Assembly (NCBI GenBank): GCA_017411605.1
Contig: JAFQPR010000076.1
Location: forward strand, 2,328 to 66,327
Reading direction: 5' to 3'
Origin: Clostridia bacterium
GTDB taxonomy: Bacteria; Bacillota; Clostridia; Oscillospirales; CAG-272
DNA: 64,000 nucleotides
The notes below the pieces were generated by a model that had not been told where the DNA came from, made no database searches, and saw only the letters and a list, made by a program, of their open reading frames with translations. Every line of letters begins with the position of its first letter. Within the stretch, counting starts at the first letter, position 1. Both the position numbers and the translations under genes were made by a program. Positions 17,452 through 27,727 of the stretch are shown one piece after another.

Positions 17452-18963
17452 TTATCTCCTTAGAACTCTTTTTACGAGAGCTTTAATTATATCTTTGTAC
17501 AATATTGAGTATATTATCAGTGCAATTGCTCCAACTATTATTGAAGTAATAATAGCATATAAAACCCACATCATGAATGTATTGATAGCATTATAATTGA
17601 ATATAGCTTTACAGATTACGATGGAAGTTAGTGCTATTATAGAACTTACGAGTAACATTTTAGAAGCTTTAGATACAGGTCTATATATCACGTTTTTAGA
17701 AAGAAATAATACCTCAAAAATATATCTTGTCAGCATACCGATTACAGTTCCGATAGCGACACCTAAAATGCCTAGCTTAAAAATGATTACTAAAACTAAA
17801 GATGCAGTGAGATTGGTAATGCATTCAAGTATAGCACCGAGTTGCGTTTCTTTGAATTTGTTTGCGTTGGTTGAAATGGTACTGTAAATACAACGGAAGC
17901 AATATATTGCTTCTGCTATTATAAGCACGTATCCAAAAATCGGCTGAATATAGTTTGTATCTGTCATATCTACGGTGTAAATTCTAACAAATGGGATTAA
18001 GAGAAGTGCAGTAATCGTGTATAATACTGTTGCTAATCCACCTTGAATAAGCTCGAATTGATTAACCGTTTTATTTATATGTTCTTTATCATTGGATTCA
18101 ATGAGATTGCCTAAACCTGCAGCGGCACCTGTGGAAATTGAAGTAATAATTTTTTCAATACCGAAAATAATTGCACCGTATACGTTATATACTGACACAA
18201 GTGCTGTTCCAACGAAAATTGTCAGAATTGCTGCATCAGTATTTGTATGTATGTAGAAAGCGAAATGGTGAAGCATACCGTTCCAGCGCTGATTTAATGC
18301 TGTATTGTCGGGAGTAGCATTTTTATTTAAATTATAATGCTTTTTTACATATAGTGTGTAGAAAAGAGGTCTTAGCAGTCCAATAATAGCCATTGACAGA
18401 TAGATTAAACGAATATCTGTTTTGAAACTAACGAGTATTAGAGTAACAAAGATATTTACGATAGTATATACGATGCTTACAATATAATTGATTCGTATTT
18501 TTTGATCTGCTGAAAGCAATGAAGCATAGGGGAGAGAAACGAAATATTCCGCAAATGTGCTTACACTCAAAATTAAAATCAAAGAAATGATATACGGTTT
18601 CGCTACGCCTGTTTTTGCAATAAAAGGATAAAAAGCACACAGGGCGGCTACGTAAAAAACAAAAATTATTCCTATTCTTCTGTAAAAACGTTTTTGCTCA
18701 TTGATAATTCCCGAAATACCATCTATATCTCCTTTTGAGAGGGGCTTATACAAAGAAGCTCTGAATATACTGCCAACGCCTGCTTCAAGTAAAGATATGT
18801 ATGTAAGAAATTGCGCGATAGAGGATATTAAGCCATTAACGTCAGAGCCGTATGCGGGAATAATTATGCGTGGCAATATTAAACCTTTAATAAACACTAC
18901 AATTTGTAATACAAGTGAAAAAATTATATTTAACATTGCATTTTTTGTACGGTTATTTTTCAT
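17452..18963 (-). CDS. wzx: Polysaccharide flippase (Wzx, MOP superfamily)
   Basis: 503 aa with about 12-14 hydrophobic helices, in a glycan-locus context. GGAGGGGGG SD upstream. Confidence 0.75.
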   Translation of the reverse strand: MKNNRTKNAMLNIIFSLVLQIVVFIKGLILPRIIIPAYGSDVNGLISSIAQFLTYISLLEAGVGSIFRASLYKPLSKGDIDGISGIINEQKRFYRRIGIIFVFYVAALCAFYPFIAKTGVAKPYIISLILILSVSTFAEYFVSLPYASLLSADQKIRINYIVSIVYTIVNIFVTLILVSFKTDIRLIYLSMAIIGLLRPLFYTLYVKKHYNLNKNATPDNTALNQRWNGMLHHFAFYIHTNTDAAILTIFVGTALVSVYNVYGAIIFGIEKIITSISTGAAAGLGNLIESNDKEHINKTVNQFELIQGGLATVLYTITALLLIPFVRIYTVDMTDTNYIQPIFGYVLIIAEAIYCFRCIYSTISTNANKFKETQLGAILECITNLTASLVLVIIFKLGILGVAIGTVIGMLTRYIFEVLFLSKNVIYRPVSKASKMLLVSSIIALTSIVICKAIFNYNAINTFMMWVLYAIITSIIVGAIALIIYSILYKDIIKALVKRVLRR

Positions 18964-19036
18964 TCGTTCCCCCCTCCCGCAAAAGTTTAAATTAAAAATT
19001 TGTTATCTTTTGATTTACTTTGCTAAAAAATCTTTA

Positions 19037-20023
19037 TTATACGATTCTAGCTATTAACCAAATCAAAGAATACATTTTGTTTTTTAAAAAGAAGAATAAT
19101 ACTTTATCTTTGAAAGTAAAACCTTGTTTATTTAATGATTTAATTCGACCATATTCGATTTTTGAGAAATTATCTTTTATAATGCTTTTAAATTCTTTTA
19201 TAGAGTTTGTTGCGCGTGCGGATGTTATTAGATAATTTTTCATTCGGTATGCGAGATAAAATGAAATTTGCTCTGAATGTGAAGGCATCATTTTATCCAA
19301 GTAATTAATCAAAATTTTATCATTTTTAAAATCATCTTTTCTAAAAGTATTAACGATTGACGATGGATTGTTCCTGTAGTAATACCCGACATATTTACTG
19401 ACGTAAACCGATTTGCAACAGAGGATCAAAGGCATTGTAATAGCCATATCCTCTCCAAGAATAATATTTTCGTAAAGATCATTTAAATGCTTTTTTATCA
19501 AATCTTTTTTATAGCACTTGTTCCAAAGAGCATAGGTTATAACGCCTAAGTTAATATTTTTAATTTTAGATGAATATATTAACTCTTTTTTTATGTCATC
19601 TAACTTTTTGCCGATGTATAAACCTTCATCTGCATAATTTTGTAAAAGAGTTTGAGTAGAATCATTAAAGCGCATGCAATCCATTACCGAAACGTCAGGA
19701 TTATAAGTTTCAATAATGTTTGAAAAAGTTTCTAAATAATGTTTGTCAATGTAATCATCCGAATCAACGAAACAGATATATTCACCTGATGCATTTCTAA
19801 GACCTTCTTTTCTTGCAGAATGGGCACCGGAGTTGCTTTTATGTATGACTTTTATTCTATTATCTTTCAATGCATATTCATCGCAAATTGTCGGGCAATT
19901 ATCAGGTGATCCATCATCAACTAAAATAAGCTCAAAATCTTCGTATGTTTGAGCGAGGATACTATCTATGCATTGATTTAAATATTTTTCAGCCTTATAG
20001 ACTGGTATTATTATGCTATACAT
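19037..20023 (-). CDS. Family 2 glycosyltransferase
   Basis: YSIIIPVYKAEKYL..C..S...Q.....ELILVDDGS.D and VDSDD motifs. ATG at 20023 (GTG at 20026 in the track). Confidence 0.85.
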   Translation of the reverse strand: MYSIIIPVYKAEKYLNQCIDSILAQTYEDFELILVDDGSPDNCPTICDEYALKDNRIKVIHKSNSGAHSARKEGLRNASGEYICFVDSDDYIDKHYLETFSNIIETYNPDVSVMDCMRFNDSTQTLLQNYADEGLYIGKKLDDIKKELIYSSKIKNINLGVITYALWNKCYKKDLIKKHLNDLYENIILGEDMAITMPLILCCKSVYVSKYVGYYYRNNPSSIVNTFRKDDFKNDKILINYLDKMMPSHSEQISFYLAYRMKNYLITSARATNSIKEFKSIIKDNFSKIEYGRIKSLNKQGFTFKDKVLFFFLKNKMYSLIWLIARIV

Positions 20024-20078
20024 CACGAAAATTTCCTTTGTTTTAATTTGCCATTGCTAGCACGAAAATGAGGGATAG

Positions 20079-20594
20079 CTATTTCCTGTATTTCAATATT
20101 TTTGCCGGATTACCACCAACGACCGCATATTCCGGTACGTTTTTCGTAACAACAGCGCCTGCGCCAATAATAGCTCCATTTGAAATCGTTATACCAGGGA
20201 GAATGATGACGTTTGCACCAATCCACACGTCATCGCCTATTATAACAGGCTTTTCACATGACATTCCTTGGCGGTTCATGGGGATATCGGTTTTGTCAAA
20301 CGCATGATTTTTGGTGAAAATAGAAACGTTTGGTCCCATCATAACATTATTTCCAATTAAGGTTTTTCCTGAGATTCTGCAATTAATACCAAGTCCGGAA
20401 TTGTCACCAAGCTCCACGGAATAAGCGAACTCTGCATTCTTTTCGATATTTACGTTTTTTCCGCATTTTGAAAGTAAACATTTTCCACAAAAAGCGCGTA
20501 TTTTTCGTTGACCGATATTGATCTTGTATGATTCGGGCAAATGTTTGGCAAATACATAAATCAATTTACCGAGAGCACGTTTTATTTTATTCAT
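20079..20594 (-). CDS. Hexapeptide-repeat (LbH) O-acetyltransferase
   Basis: Repeated [LIV]-G-x4 hexapeptides ([31 protein letters not shown]). Confidence 0.85.
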   Translation of the reverse strand: MNKIKRALGKLIYVFAKHLPESYKINIGQRKIRAFCGKCLLSKCGKNVNIEKNAEFAYSVELGDNSGLGINCRISGKTLIGNNVMMGPNVSIFTKNHAFDKTDIPMNRQGMSCEKPVIIGDDVWIGANVIILPGITISNGAIIGAGAVVTKNVPEYAVVGGNPAKILKYRK

Positions 20595-21876
20595 CTATAT
20601 TCCTCATTTCACCTTGTCCTCGTATATTTGGCATGCACAATCCAATCAATATTAGAGGAAACATATAATTAAATAAACCTGCAGCAGGAACTGTGCACAT
20701 CATTATAAATGTGGCAACAAAAGGCAGAAAATCTGATAGTTTTCTTGACGGTTTATCCGATCTGTAGGAAATAATTAATACTATGATCAAGACGAACATA
20801 ATCAATCCACCGCCAAAAAGGAATTGCAATGGCATACAGTGAACGTTGCAATTATATAGTCCTACACCAAAGAGCATAGTGATTATGCTACCGCTCCATT
20901 TTTTCCAGAAATCTTGTATAAGTGTAATTCTTCCGTTAGCTGTAGCCATATCAGAATCCTTAAAACGAGACAAAGCAGCTTCTAAGACATTTGGCATACA
21001 AACGACTAAAAAAATTAAGATTGCAATTATTGCAATGCCGGTAAATATTGCACTTTTGAAATTCTTTTGAGTAAGCATATATATAAATGCCCATGCTATA
21101 AAAACTATAATAAAAGTTCTTGATAATCCTATCAAACATATGACAAGTTGAGTAAACAAAAAGACGGACAGGAATACTTTTATAATAGCTTTAGTTTTAG
21201 GTTGGAAAATAAATGGGAATGCGATAGAAATTGATGCAATAGAAAACATTCCGTAGAAATTTGGGTCGGCGCTAACGTTCATAGTTCCTTCATCAACATA
21301 ATCTACATTACCGGAACCTAATCTGAATGATGATGACATTAAGTCCGCAAAGTCGTACACTTGTAATGTACTTACAAGCATTATAAAGCCTAATGCCGCA
21401 ACACCCGCAGAATACATCAATATCATCGGAAGAACTTCTAAATCTTTCTTCAAGGTAAACAAAACCAGTATAAGTATAATACCGACAACGAACATCATCG
21501 GAACAATTCCTGAAGCTCCGGTTGCTAAATTTTGAGCGAATGTGAACACAGCAAGCACTATAGAAAGTATAAAACTCGATGCTCTGAACTGTCTTATTTC
21601 AATACTCAGTCGAACGATGAGTACAAGCGTCATATAATTTCCCGGGAGGCCTACATAGAGAGGGAAGAGAAAACAAAATAGATATATTAAATGATTTGTT
21701 TTCATGTATAATGCGCATATGCAGATAATACCGAAAAATATGTATTTGTTAATTCCAACAGAATATGAATCTCGCATCATTAAAAGAATAAAAAAGACAA
21801 ATCCCCATATGAAAATTGATAAATACGAAAAATCTTTAATTCGTGGAATTTTTACTGCATTACTTGATTTTATCAT
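20587..21876 (-). CDS. wzy: O-antigen/repeat-unit polymerase-like membrane protein (Wzy)
   Basis: Polytopic membrane protein in the locus. Internal ATG 21876 is preceded by GAGGAG. The track ORF reaches 21900 and overlaps the upstream GT gene. Confidence 0.65.
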   Translation of the reverse strand: MIKSSNAVKIPRIKDFSYLSIFIWGFVFFILLMMRDSYSVGINKYIFFGIICICALYMKTNHLIYLFCFLFPLYVGLPGNYMTLVLIVRLSIEIRQFRASSFILSIVLAVFTFAQNLATGASGIVPMMFVVGIILILVLFTLKKDLEVLPMILMYSAGVAALGFIMLVSTLQVYDFADLMSSSFRLGSGNVDYVDEGTMNVSADPNFYGMFSIASISIAFPFIFQPKTKAIIKVFLSVFLFTQLVICLIGLSRTFIIVFIAWAFIYMLTQKNFKSAIFTGIAIIAILIFLVVCMPNVLEAALSRFKDSDMATANGRITLIQDFWKKWSGSIITMLFGVGLYNCNVHCMPLQFLFGGGLIMFVLIIVLIISYRSDKPSRKLSDFLPFVATFIMMCTVPAAGLFNYMFPLILIGLCMPNIRGQGEMRNIDE

Positions 21877-21884
21877 ACTACTCC

Positions 21885-23042
21885 TCAGTATTTGCTGCAT
21901 AAGCTGTCAAACTGCTCCATGCAAACTTTATTATTTGGTTTATTGTTCACATGGAACTTTTCGTTACTTGATAATATTCTGTACAGCATATCATAGATGG
22001 CTTCGTCGTTGTTTTCGCAAACAATTCCAATACCACGTTTTTCTATCATTTCAACGGCGGACAAAGTATTTGTTGTTAATACCGGAACGCCAAGTGTAAA
22101 CGCTTCATCAAAAACGATCGGTGCTGCTTCATGATACGATGGCAAAAGAAAATAATCTGCGTTTTTGACAAATCGGTACGGATTTAACTGCTCACCGTCT
22201 AAGATGATGTTTTCATTAAGAGAATGACGGGTAATTTCTTCCTCAATAGCATTTCTCATCGGACCGTCACCAACAATGCGCCATTCGAAATCCAAACCGC
22301 AGCTTTTTAGTCTGCTGAAAATAGGAATACAACGAAGAATGCCTTTTTCTTCGCTTAATCTTGCTACTGTAACAATGGTCTTTTTTGTATAAATGAGGGG
22401 ATTTTTTGCCGCTAATCGTTCTATTTCGTTGCAATCGCAGAAATTATATACCGTTTGAAGTTTCTCGGAAACATCAGGTACAATTTCTGCAAAACGTTTT
22501 GCAACACTTTTGGATACAGCTGCAATGCGGTCAAACTTTTTGTAAAGTTTTCTGTTGCGCTTTGTGTTGCCGCCGTATGATCCAAAATCGCAATGAACAA
22601 AAGTGATTTTCTTCTCTGCCGTAGTGCAGTTCAAAACAATTTCATTAGTAAGGTTGCAGAATTGATGATCTTCTATAGGTTGAGAATACGAAATAGCAAC
22701 GTCGTACTTTTCATCAATTTTTCCAAAAAGCTTGCAGAACACCGAAGAAGGAAGTGCTTTTGTGAAACATTTACTCCATAGTGACATTATCATTCTGAAG
22801 ATGTAATACTTAATTCCTTGCTGTTTACATTCACTAAGGGATTGTTCCGTAGCAATAGCGTAGGGATTTTCAGGCAAAATCTTTATATTATTTGGAACGA
22901 GCTCAAGAAAAGCACCTGTCTTTTTGCAACAAAAGAGCGAAACATCGTACTCGTTATTTTTCGAAAGCGTTTTTAAAAGTTCAAGCAAAGACTTTTGTAT
23001 GCCTCCGACACGCATGTGATTTGTTACAATTAGAATCTTCAT
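21885..23042 (-). CDS. Family 4 (GT-B) glycosyltransferase
   Basis: MKILIVTN..RVGGI N-terminus and a C-terminal E..P.V..EA...G.P GT-B motif (HEAAPIVFDEAFTLGVPV). Confidence 0.85.
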   Translation of the reverse strand: MKILIVTNHMRVGGIQKSLLELLKTLSKNNEYDVSLFCCKKTGAFLELVPNNIKILPENPYAIATEQSLSECKQQGIKYYIFRMIMSLWSKCFTKALPSSVFCKLFGKIDEKYDVAISYSQPIEDHQFCNLTNEIVLNCTTAEKKITFVHCDFGSYGGNTKRNRKLYKKFDRIAAVSKSVAKRFAEIVPDVSEKLQTVYNFCDCNEIERLAAKNPLIYTKKTIVTVARLSEEKGILRCIPIFSRLKSCGLDFEWRIVGDGPMRNAIEEEITRHSLNENIILDGEQLNPYRFVKNADYFLLPSYHEAAPIVFDEAFTLGVPVLTTNTLSAVEMIEKRGIGIVCENNDEAIYDMLYRILSSNEKFHVNNKPNNKVCMEQFDSLCSKY

Positions 23043-23081
23043 TGTACCTCCAACAATTTGCCATTAAAAGTTATTTTTATA

Positions 23082-24065
23082 TCATCGATTTTTTTTGTTT
23101 ATCATAATATATGTTAATAATGGCAATGCCATCTTTTTTTTCATCATCCAATGAACAATCCTATATTTTTTCCCGTTTCCTTTATAGTTCATTATCGCGT
23201 TATGAAATTGTTCATCACGAAGAATTTTTCTGATGTTTAGGTAAGGATTTTTACTTCGGGATTCATTTTTGATAGATTCATATGCAATATATACTAAAAG
23301 ATTGTCAAGTTCAATGTTTGCTGAATTATTTTCATCTCCACCCACTTTTTTATATTCGGAGATTTTTTTCTCTAGTATACAAAACATATTAATGATATTT
23401 TCTTTATACCTATGTGATAGACTTTTTGTGTTTCTCAATTGATAGTTGTAAAAAATCTGCGGAAGACATACTACTGTTCGGCATTTTAACAAGGCGTCCA
23501 TACAAAACACATAATCTTCATACATGCTTAAAGATTCATTCATATAGATATTGTTTTCAACAATTGTAGTACGGCGTATAAGTTTGTTACATAATGAACT
23601 TATATAATTTGAGGAAAAAAGTTCCTTATACTGATGCTTGAACTCATGCGAATTGAAAATAAGAACTGTGCTGATCTTTTTTGAAATAATCTTATTTTCT
23701 TCGGTGAAACAAAAATTCATTCCTCCGATAACTATATCTGCATCATACGTCATTTGTGCTTCTATTGCGTTAAGAAGTGCGTCCTTTTCCAAGATATCGT
23801 CACTGTCCATGAACCAGATAAATTCACCCAATGCTTTTTTAACGCCAAAATTACGTGATGCAGATACTCCATGATTTTGACGGTCATAAACGGTAATATA
23901 ATCATATAGTTTTGCATACTCATGACAGATACTACTGCTGTTATCTGTAGAACCGTCATTTACTAATATAATTTCTATTTGTTTATATGATTGGTTTATG
24001 ATAGAGTCCAACATATCAGGTAAAAAAAGTGCAGCGTTATAAACCGGAATCACTATACTGATCAT
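23082..24065 (-). CDS. Family 2 glycosyltransferase
   Basis: ISIVIPVYNAALFL....S...QSY..IEIILVNDGSTD and MDSDD motifs. Confidence 0.85.
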   Translation of the reverse strand: MISIVIPVYNAALFLPDMLDSIINQSYKQIEIILVNDGSTDNSSSICHEYAKLYDYITVYDRQNHGVSASRNFGVKKALGEFIWFMDSDDILEKDALLNAIEAQMTYDADIVIGGMNFCFTEENKIISKKISTVLIFNSHEFKHQYKELFSSNYISSLCNKLIRRTTIVENNIYMNESLSMYEDYVFCMDALLKCRTVVCLPQIFYNYQLRNTKSLSHRYKENIINMFCILEKKISEYKKVGGDENNSANIELDNLLVYIAYESIKNESRSKNPYLNIRKILRDEQFHNAIMNYKGNGKKYRIVHWMMKKKMALPLLTYIMINKKNR

Positions 24066-24079
24066 TATATATTCCTATC

Positions 24080-25132
24080 TTATTTGGCACATACAGCTTT
24101 TAAGTATGTTGTCAAAATATGTTCTTTGTATGATTTAGGATCGTTAATAATTAAAGATTTTGCTTTAGTATTGTTGTTTAATGTGGAATGAATAGCATTA
24201 TTTGTTACTATATCAACAGCTTTTTTCGCTAAAATATCATCGTCATCGCTCAAATATCCATTTTCGCCATCTGTAATCAAATCACAAAGGCCGTCGGTTG
24301 GCGTACTAACAATCGGAACTCCAAGTGCCATTGCTTCAAGAGCGCACATAGGTGTGCCTTCCCAGCGAGAAGTCATGATCATAACTTTGGAATCGTGAAG
24401 CATCTTGAGAGGATTGGTTTTAAAACCCATGAACTCCACGTTAGGATTTAAATTCAATTCGTTACACAAGGACTTCGTTTCAGCTTCAAGATCGCCCGTT
24501 CCAACTACTGCAATTTTGATGTCGGGGCATTTTGATTTGATCTTATGAAAAATATGCATCAATCTTTGGGGATTCTTTTGGTATGTTAATCTTCCGACGT
24601 ATATAACGTCATAATCATATTCATTTTCATCGGTTTCCATTTTTTTGTACAGAGCTTCGATATTAACTATGTTATATAAAACCGAGCTTTTTTTCTTTAA
24701 GAATTTGTGAAATGAATAACCGTTATAAGAACTTTGTGAAACCCAAAAAATATGTTTTGCTTTAATTGCTGCAAAAAGATAAGCGATAGACTTTAATGAG
24801 AGTCTGCGTGAATTAAAATTATTATTGTGAATGTGAGATATTAGAGGGATTTTACCGCAAGCGCAAGCAGCAATAAAGCTTGCATTCATATCGTGAGCAT
24901 GAATAATATCCGGTTTTTGCTCGCGGATAACTCTTTTTACTTCTTTAATATTTAAAGCATTAATAGGTGCAAAATTGATATCTCGCTCAGCAAGAGCTTC
25001 TCTGATCTGTCCATCACGACTGCAATAAACCATTTCTATGTCAGGAGTATCTTTAAAAACGCCTATAATTTGTGAAACGACATTCTCAGCTCCGGAAAAC
25101 TTATCCGATTGAAGCAGATGTAATATTTTCAT
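24080..25132 (-). CDS. Family 4 glycosyltransferase
   Basis: MKILHLLQSDKFSGAENV N-terminus and EGTPMCALEAMALGVPIV. ATG 25132 is preceded by GAGGG. The track ORF opens at 25153. Confidence 0.85.
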   Translation of the reverse strand: MKILHLLQSDKFSGAENVVSQIIGVFKDTPDIEMVYCSRDGQIREALAERDINFAPINALNIKEVKRVIREQKPDIIHAHDMNASFIAACACGKIPLISHIHNNNFNSRRLSLKSIAYLFAAIKAKHIFWVSQSSYNGYSFHKFLKKKSSVLYNIVNIEALYKKMETDENEYDYDVIYVGRLTYQKNPQRLMHIFHKIKSKCPDIKIAVVGTGDLEAETKSLCNELNLNPNVEFMGFKTNPLKMLHDSKVMIMTSRWEGTPMCALEAMALGVPIVSTPTDGLCDLITDGENGYLSDDDDILAKKAVDIVTNNAIHSTLNNNTKAKSLIINDPKSYKEHILTTYLKAVCAK

Positions 25133-25161
25133 CTTAACCCTCATAATTTGCATTTTAATAG

Positions 25162-26298
25162 TTATAGAAATGTGTGTTGGTATATTTTAATAAGGTCCTG
25201 TTCAACGACCGAAAAGTCGAACTTTTTTATTTTTTGTCTGTTGAATTCTGACATTTTTTGGCATAGAGCAGAGTTATTTAAAAGTATATCGAGTTTTTCT
25301 GCCCAAAAATCAGCATTGTTAGCAGGGCAGGTATATCCACCCGATCCGTCGTCTATTAAATCCGTATTTCCTCGTATTTTACTTACTATACAAGGCAATC
25401 CTGTAGCCATAGCTTCCATAATAGAGCGAGATAAACCTTCTCTTAAAGACGGCATAACGAAGCAATCAGACATTGCATAAATTTCTTTTACATCTGTTCT
25501 ATAACCTAAAAAATGAACATTTTCATTTAATCCGGCGGCGTTCGCTTGTGTAGTAAGAGCTGATTCCTTATCTCCGACTCCGCATAAGACGTAATGGAGT
25601 TTTTTATTTCCCAGTTTCTCCATCGCTGAAATTATCACGCGGTTGTTTTTGTTAGCATTAAGCTCTCCTGCGGAAACAATTACGAATGCATCTTGAGGGA
25701 TACCCAATTCTTCGCGTTTTTTTACTCTAGTCGTTTCATCGACTTTATAATCACCGGAGTTGATTCCAACACCCGGAACATAATATATGTTGCCACCGTC
25801 ACGAAGCTTGAACTTTTTTCTTGCTACTTCATAGTCCTCATAATTGATAGTTATCAATGCGTCTGTTTTACGCGCTAACCATTTTTCTATAGGATAGTAA
25901 AGTAACCAATTCTTCTTTGGAGCACCTTTGTAAAAATGGAAACCGTGAACTTGATATATCACTTTTTTGATTTTGCATTTTTTGCCTACCAGTCTACCTA
26001 GCAAGCCTCCGGTAGGAGTATTGCAATGAATATAATCAATTTTTTCGCGTTTTACGAGTTCAACAAGTTCTCTGTATGCTTTAATGTTTGATTTGGAAAG
26101 TGGATTTCTTGAAATATGAACACTGTTTATTTTTATTCCATATTTTGCTTCGTCAGATTTGATTTGTTCTGAGGTGGCAGATTCCCAATTTGCTGCGTGA
26201 TAAAACTCCAATTCGGTTTTCTCTGCTGCTGATATACTTGCTATATCAAAAGATGTTATTCTGCTCGCTATGTTAGAAATAAACAGTATTTTGTTCAT
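25162..26298 (-). CDS. Family 4 glycosyltransferase
   Basis: C-terminal PSLREGLSRSIMEAMATGLPCIVS is the GT-B EX7E-type motif. Confidence 0.85.
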   Translation of the reverse strand: MNKILFISNIASRITSFDIASISAAEKTELEFYHAANWESATSEQIKSDEAKYGIKINSVHISRNPLSKSNIKAYRELVELVKREKIDYIHCNTPTGGLLGRLVGKKCKIKKVIYQVHGFHFYKGAPKKNWLLYYPIEKWLARKTDALITINYEDYEVARKKFKLRDGGNIYYVPGVGINSGDYKVDETTRVKKREELGIPQDAFVIVSAGELNANKNNRVIISAMEKLGNKKLHYVLCGVGDKESALTTQANAAGLNENVHFLGYRTDVKEIYAMSDCFVMPSLREGLSRSIMEAMATGLPCIVSKIRGNTDLIDDGSGGYTCPANNADFWAEKLDILLNNSALCQKMSEFNRQKIKKFDFSVVEQDLIKIYQHTFL

Positions 26299-26372
26299 TT
26301 ATAGTCTCCATTTTTTGAATACTTTATTTATGGGTATTATATAAAAGATATAAGTCGGTGTTTAAAATCCTA

Positions 26373-26972
26373 TTATGACCACCTATATTCAAACATTTTA
26401 CGCCCCTCTTTTGTTTCAAATTCTCTTTCAATAACAAATCCGTTCTTTTGGTAGAAATGATTGGCAGCATCATTGTTTACTGCATCAGTCTCTAGTGTTA
26501 TATAGGCGTATTTGCTAAAATCTATATTACTCTTTAACGTTTCAATTAACTTTGTACCAATACCTTTTGATTGAATAGCAGGATCAACACCAATTGAGGC
26601 GAGTTCTATGTACTTTTCTGTTCGCTTAACCTCTGAGGGTTTTAAAAATGCTCTTAGTAAGCGCATAAAAATTTTGGGATTTCTAAAAAATGCGCCAAGG
26701 CTGTACCACGCAAACGGAATTAGTCTTTTTTTGATCATATATTTGTATAGTCCGCTAAAATCGCCGGAATACGCGAGAAATCCGACTGGATTGTCTTCAT
26801 CAAATGCCACTAATATCCCGGAATCTTTATACTCTGTATATGAACGGTACATTAATTTTAAAAATCTTTTTCCCATAAACGTGAGAAAAAATCCTTTGAA
26901 TGTACTCAAGTGAATAGAGACTATTGCATCAATTGTATCGTTGTCTTTAGCTGATATATTTCTTATTTGCAT
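26373..26972 (-). CDS. GNAT-family N-acetyltransferase
   Basis: IGVDPAIQSKGIGTKLIE ... NHFYQKNGF is the GNAT acetyl-CoA motif. ATG 26972 is preceded by GGAG. The track ORF starts at TTG 26990. Confidence 0.8.
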   Translation of the reverse strand: MQIRNISAKDNDTIDAIVSIHLSTFKGFFLTFMGKRFLKLMYRSYTEYKDSGILVAFDEDNPVGFLAYSGDFSGLYKYMIKKRLIPFAWYSLGAFFRNPKIFMRLLRAFLKPSEVKRTEKYIELASIGVDPAIQSKGIGTKLIETLKSNIDFSKYAYITLETDAVNNDAANHFYQKNGFVIEREFETKEGRKMFEYRWS

Positions 26973-26986
26973 TTTCGACTCCAAAC

Positions 26987-27727
26987 TCAAATTTCAATTT
27001 TCTCTTTCTCTTTAATACTCTCTTCGTAATCGCCTTTATACTCTTTACCGAGCACGGCAAAAACTGTCATAAACATAGTTTTTATATCGCCAAAAAAGCT
27101 GAAGCTTTTAATCTCTTTGAGATTATAATACATTTTTGCGGGAAGGATATCGTTGATATAAACCTCGTCGGTATTCTCCGCGGCATCAAGAAGCTCCGCT
27201 TCGTCTTTATAATAGATACTTGCGCGACTGGTTATCCCTGCGGGCAGCAGAAGAGTAGCCATCATTTCGGGCGTGTAGTGCTCGACATATTTAGGCACTT
27301 CGGGACGCGTGCCCACAAAAGTCATTGTACCTCTAAAAACGTCTATCAGCTGGCATATTTCATCAAGGCGGAATTTTCGTATAAATCTTCCAACCTTTGT
27401 TATGCGCGCATCGTTGCTGACAGTAACCTGAGAGCCTTTATCTGCATTTTGAACCATTGATCGAAATTTGAAGATTCGGAATGTTTTGTTATAGCGCGTT
27501 ACTCTCGTCTGCCTGTAAAAAACAGGTCCCTTGCTGTCGATTTTGATAGCTATCGCAAGGATAAGAAAAAGCGGGGAGAGGAGAATTAGCATAAACGCAG
27601 AAACAAACAAATCAAATGCACGCTTCAGAAATAGACCGAATTCCTTTTTCTTAAGGATATCGTAATATACGCGAACCTCTTCGGTCTGCATAATTTCGGG
27701 TAAGTCTTCCCATTTTTTGAGCATCAT
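26987..27727 (-). CDS. Small monotopic phosphoglycosyl transferase (bacterial sugar transferase, PglC/WbaP C-domain type)
   Basis: KRAFD...S....I.LSPL.L..AI.IK..S.GPV.Y.Q.R....K.F...KFRSM, then GTRPE. The start overlaps the aminotransferase stop (ATGA). Confidence 0.9.
   Translation of the reverse strand: MMLKKWEDLPEIMQTEEVRVYYDILKKKEFGLFLKRAFDLFVSAFMLILLSPLFLILAIAIKIDSKGPVFYRQTRVTRYNKTFRIFKFRSMVQNADKGSQVTVSNDARITKVGRFIRKFRLDEICQLIDVFRGTMTFVGTRPEVPKYVEHYTPEMMATLLLPAGITSRASIYYKDEAELLDAAENTDEVYINDILPAKMYYNLKEIKSFSFFGDIKTMFMTVFAVLGKEYKGDYEESIKEKEKIEI

Noticed and set aside
16200-27000. AT-rich block considered as a prophage or integrative element
   Set aside because: Every gene is a glycan-biosynthesis function in one orientation. 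There is no integrase, transposase, tRNA target or flanking direct repeat.
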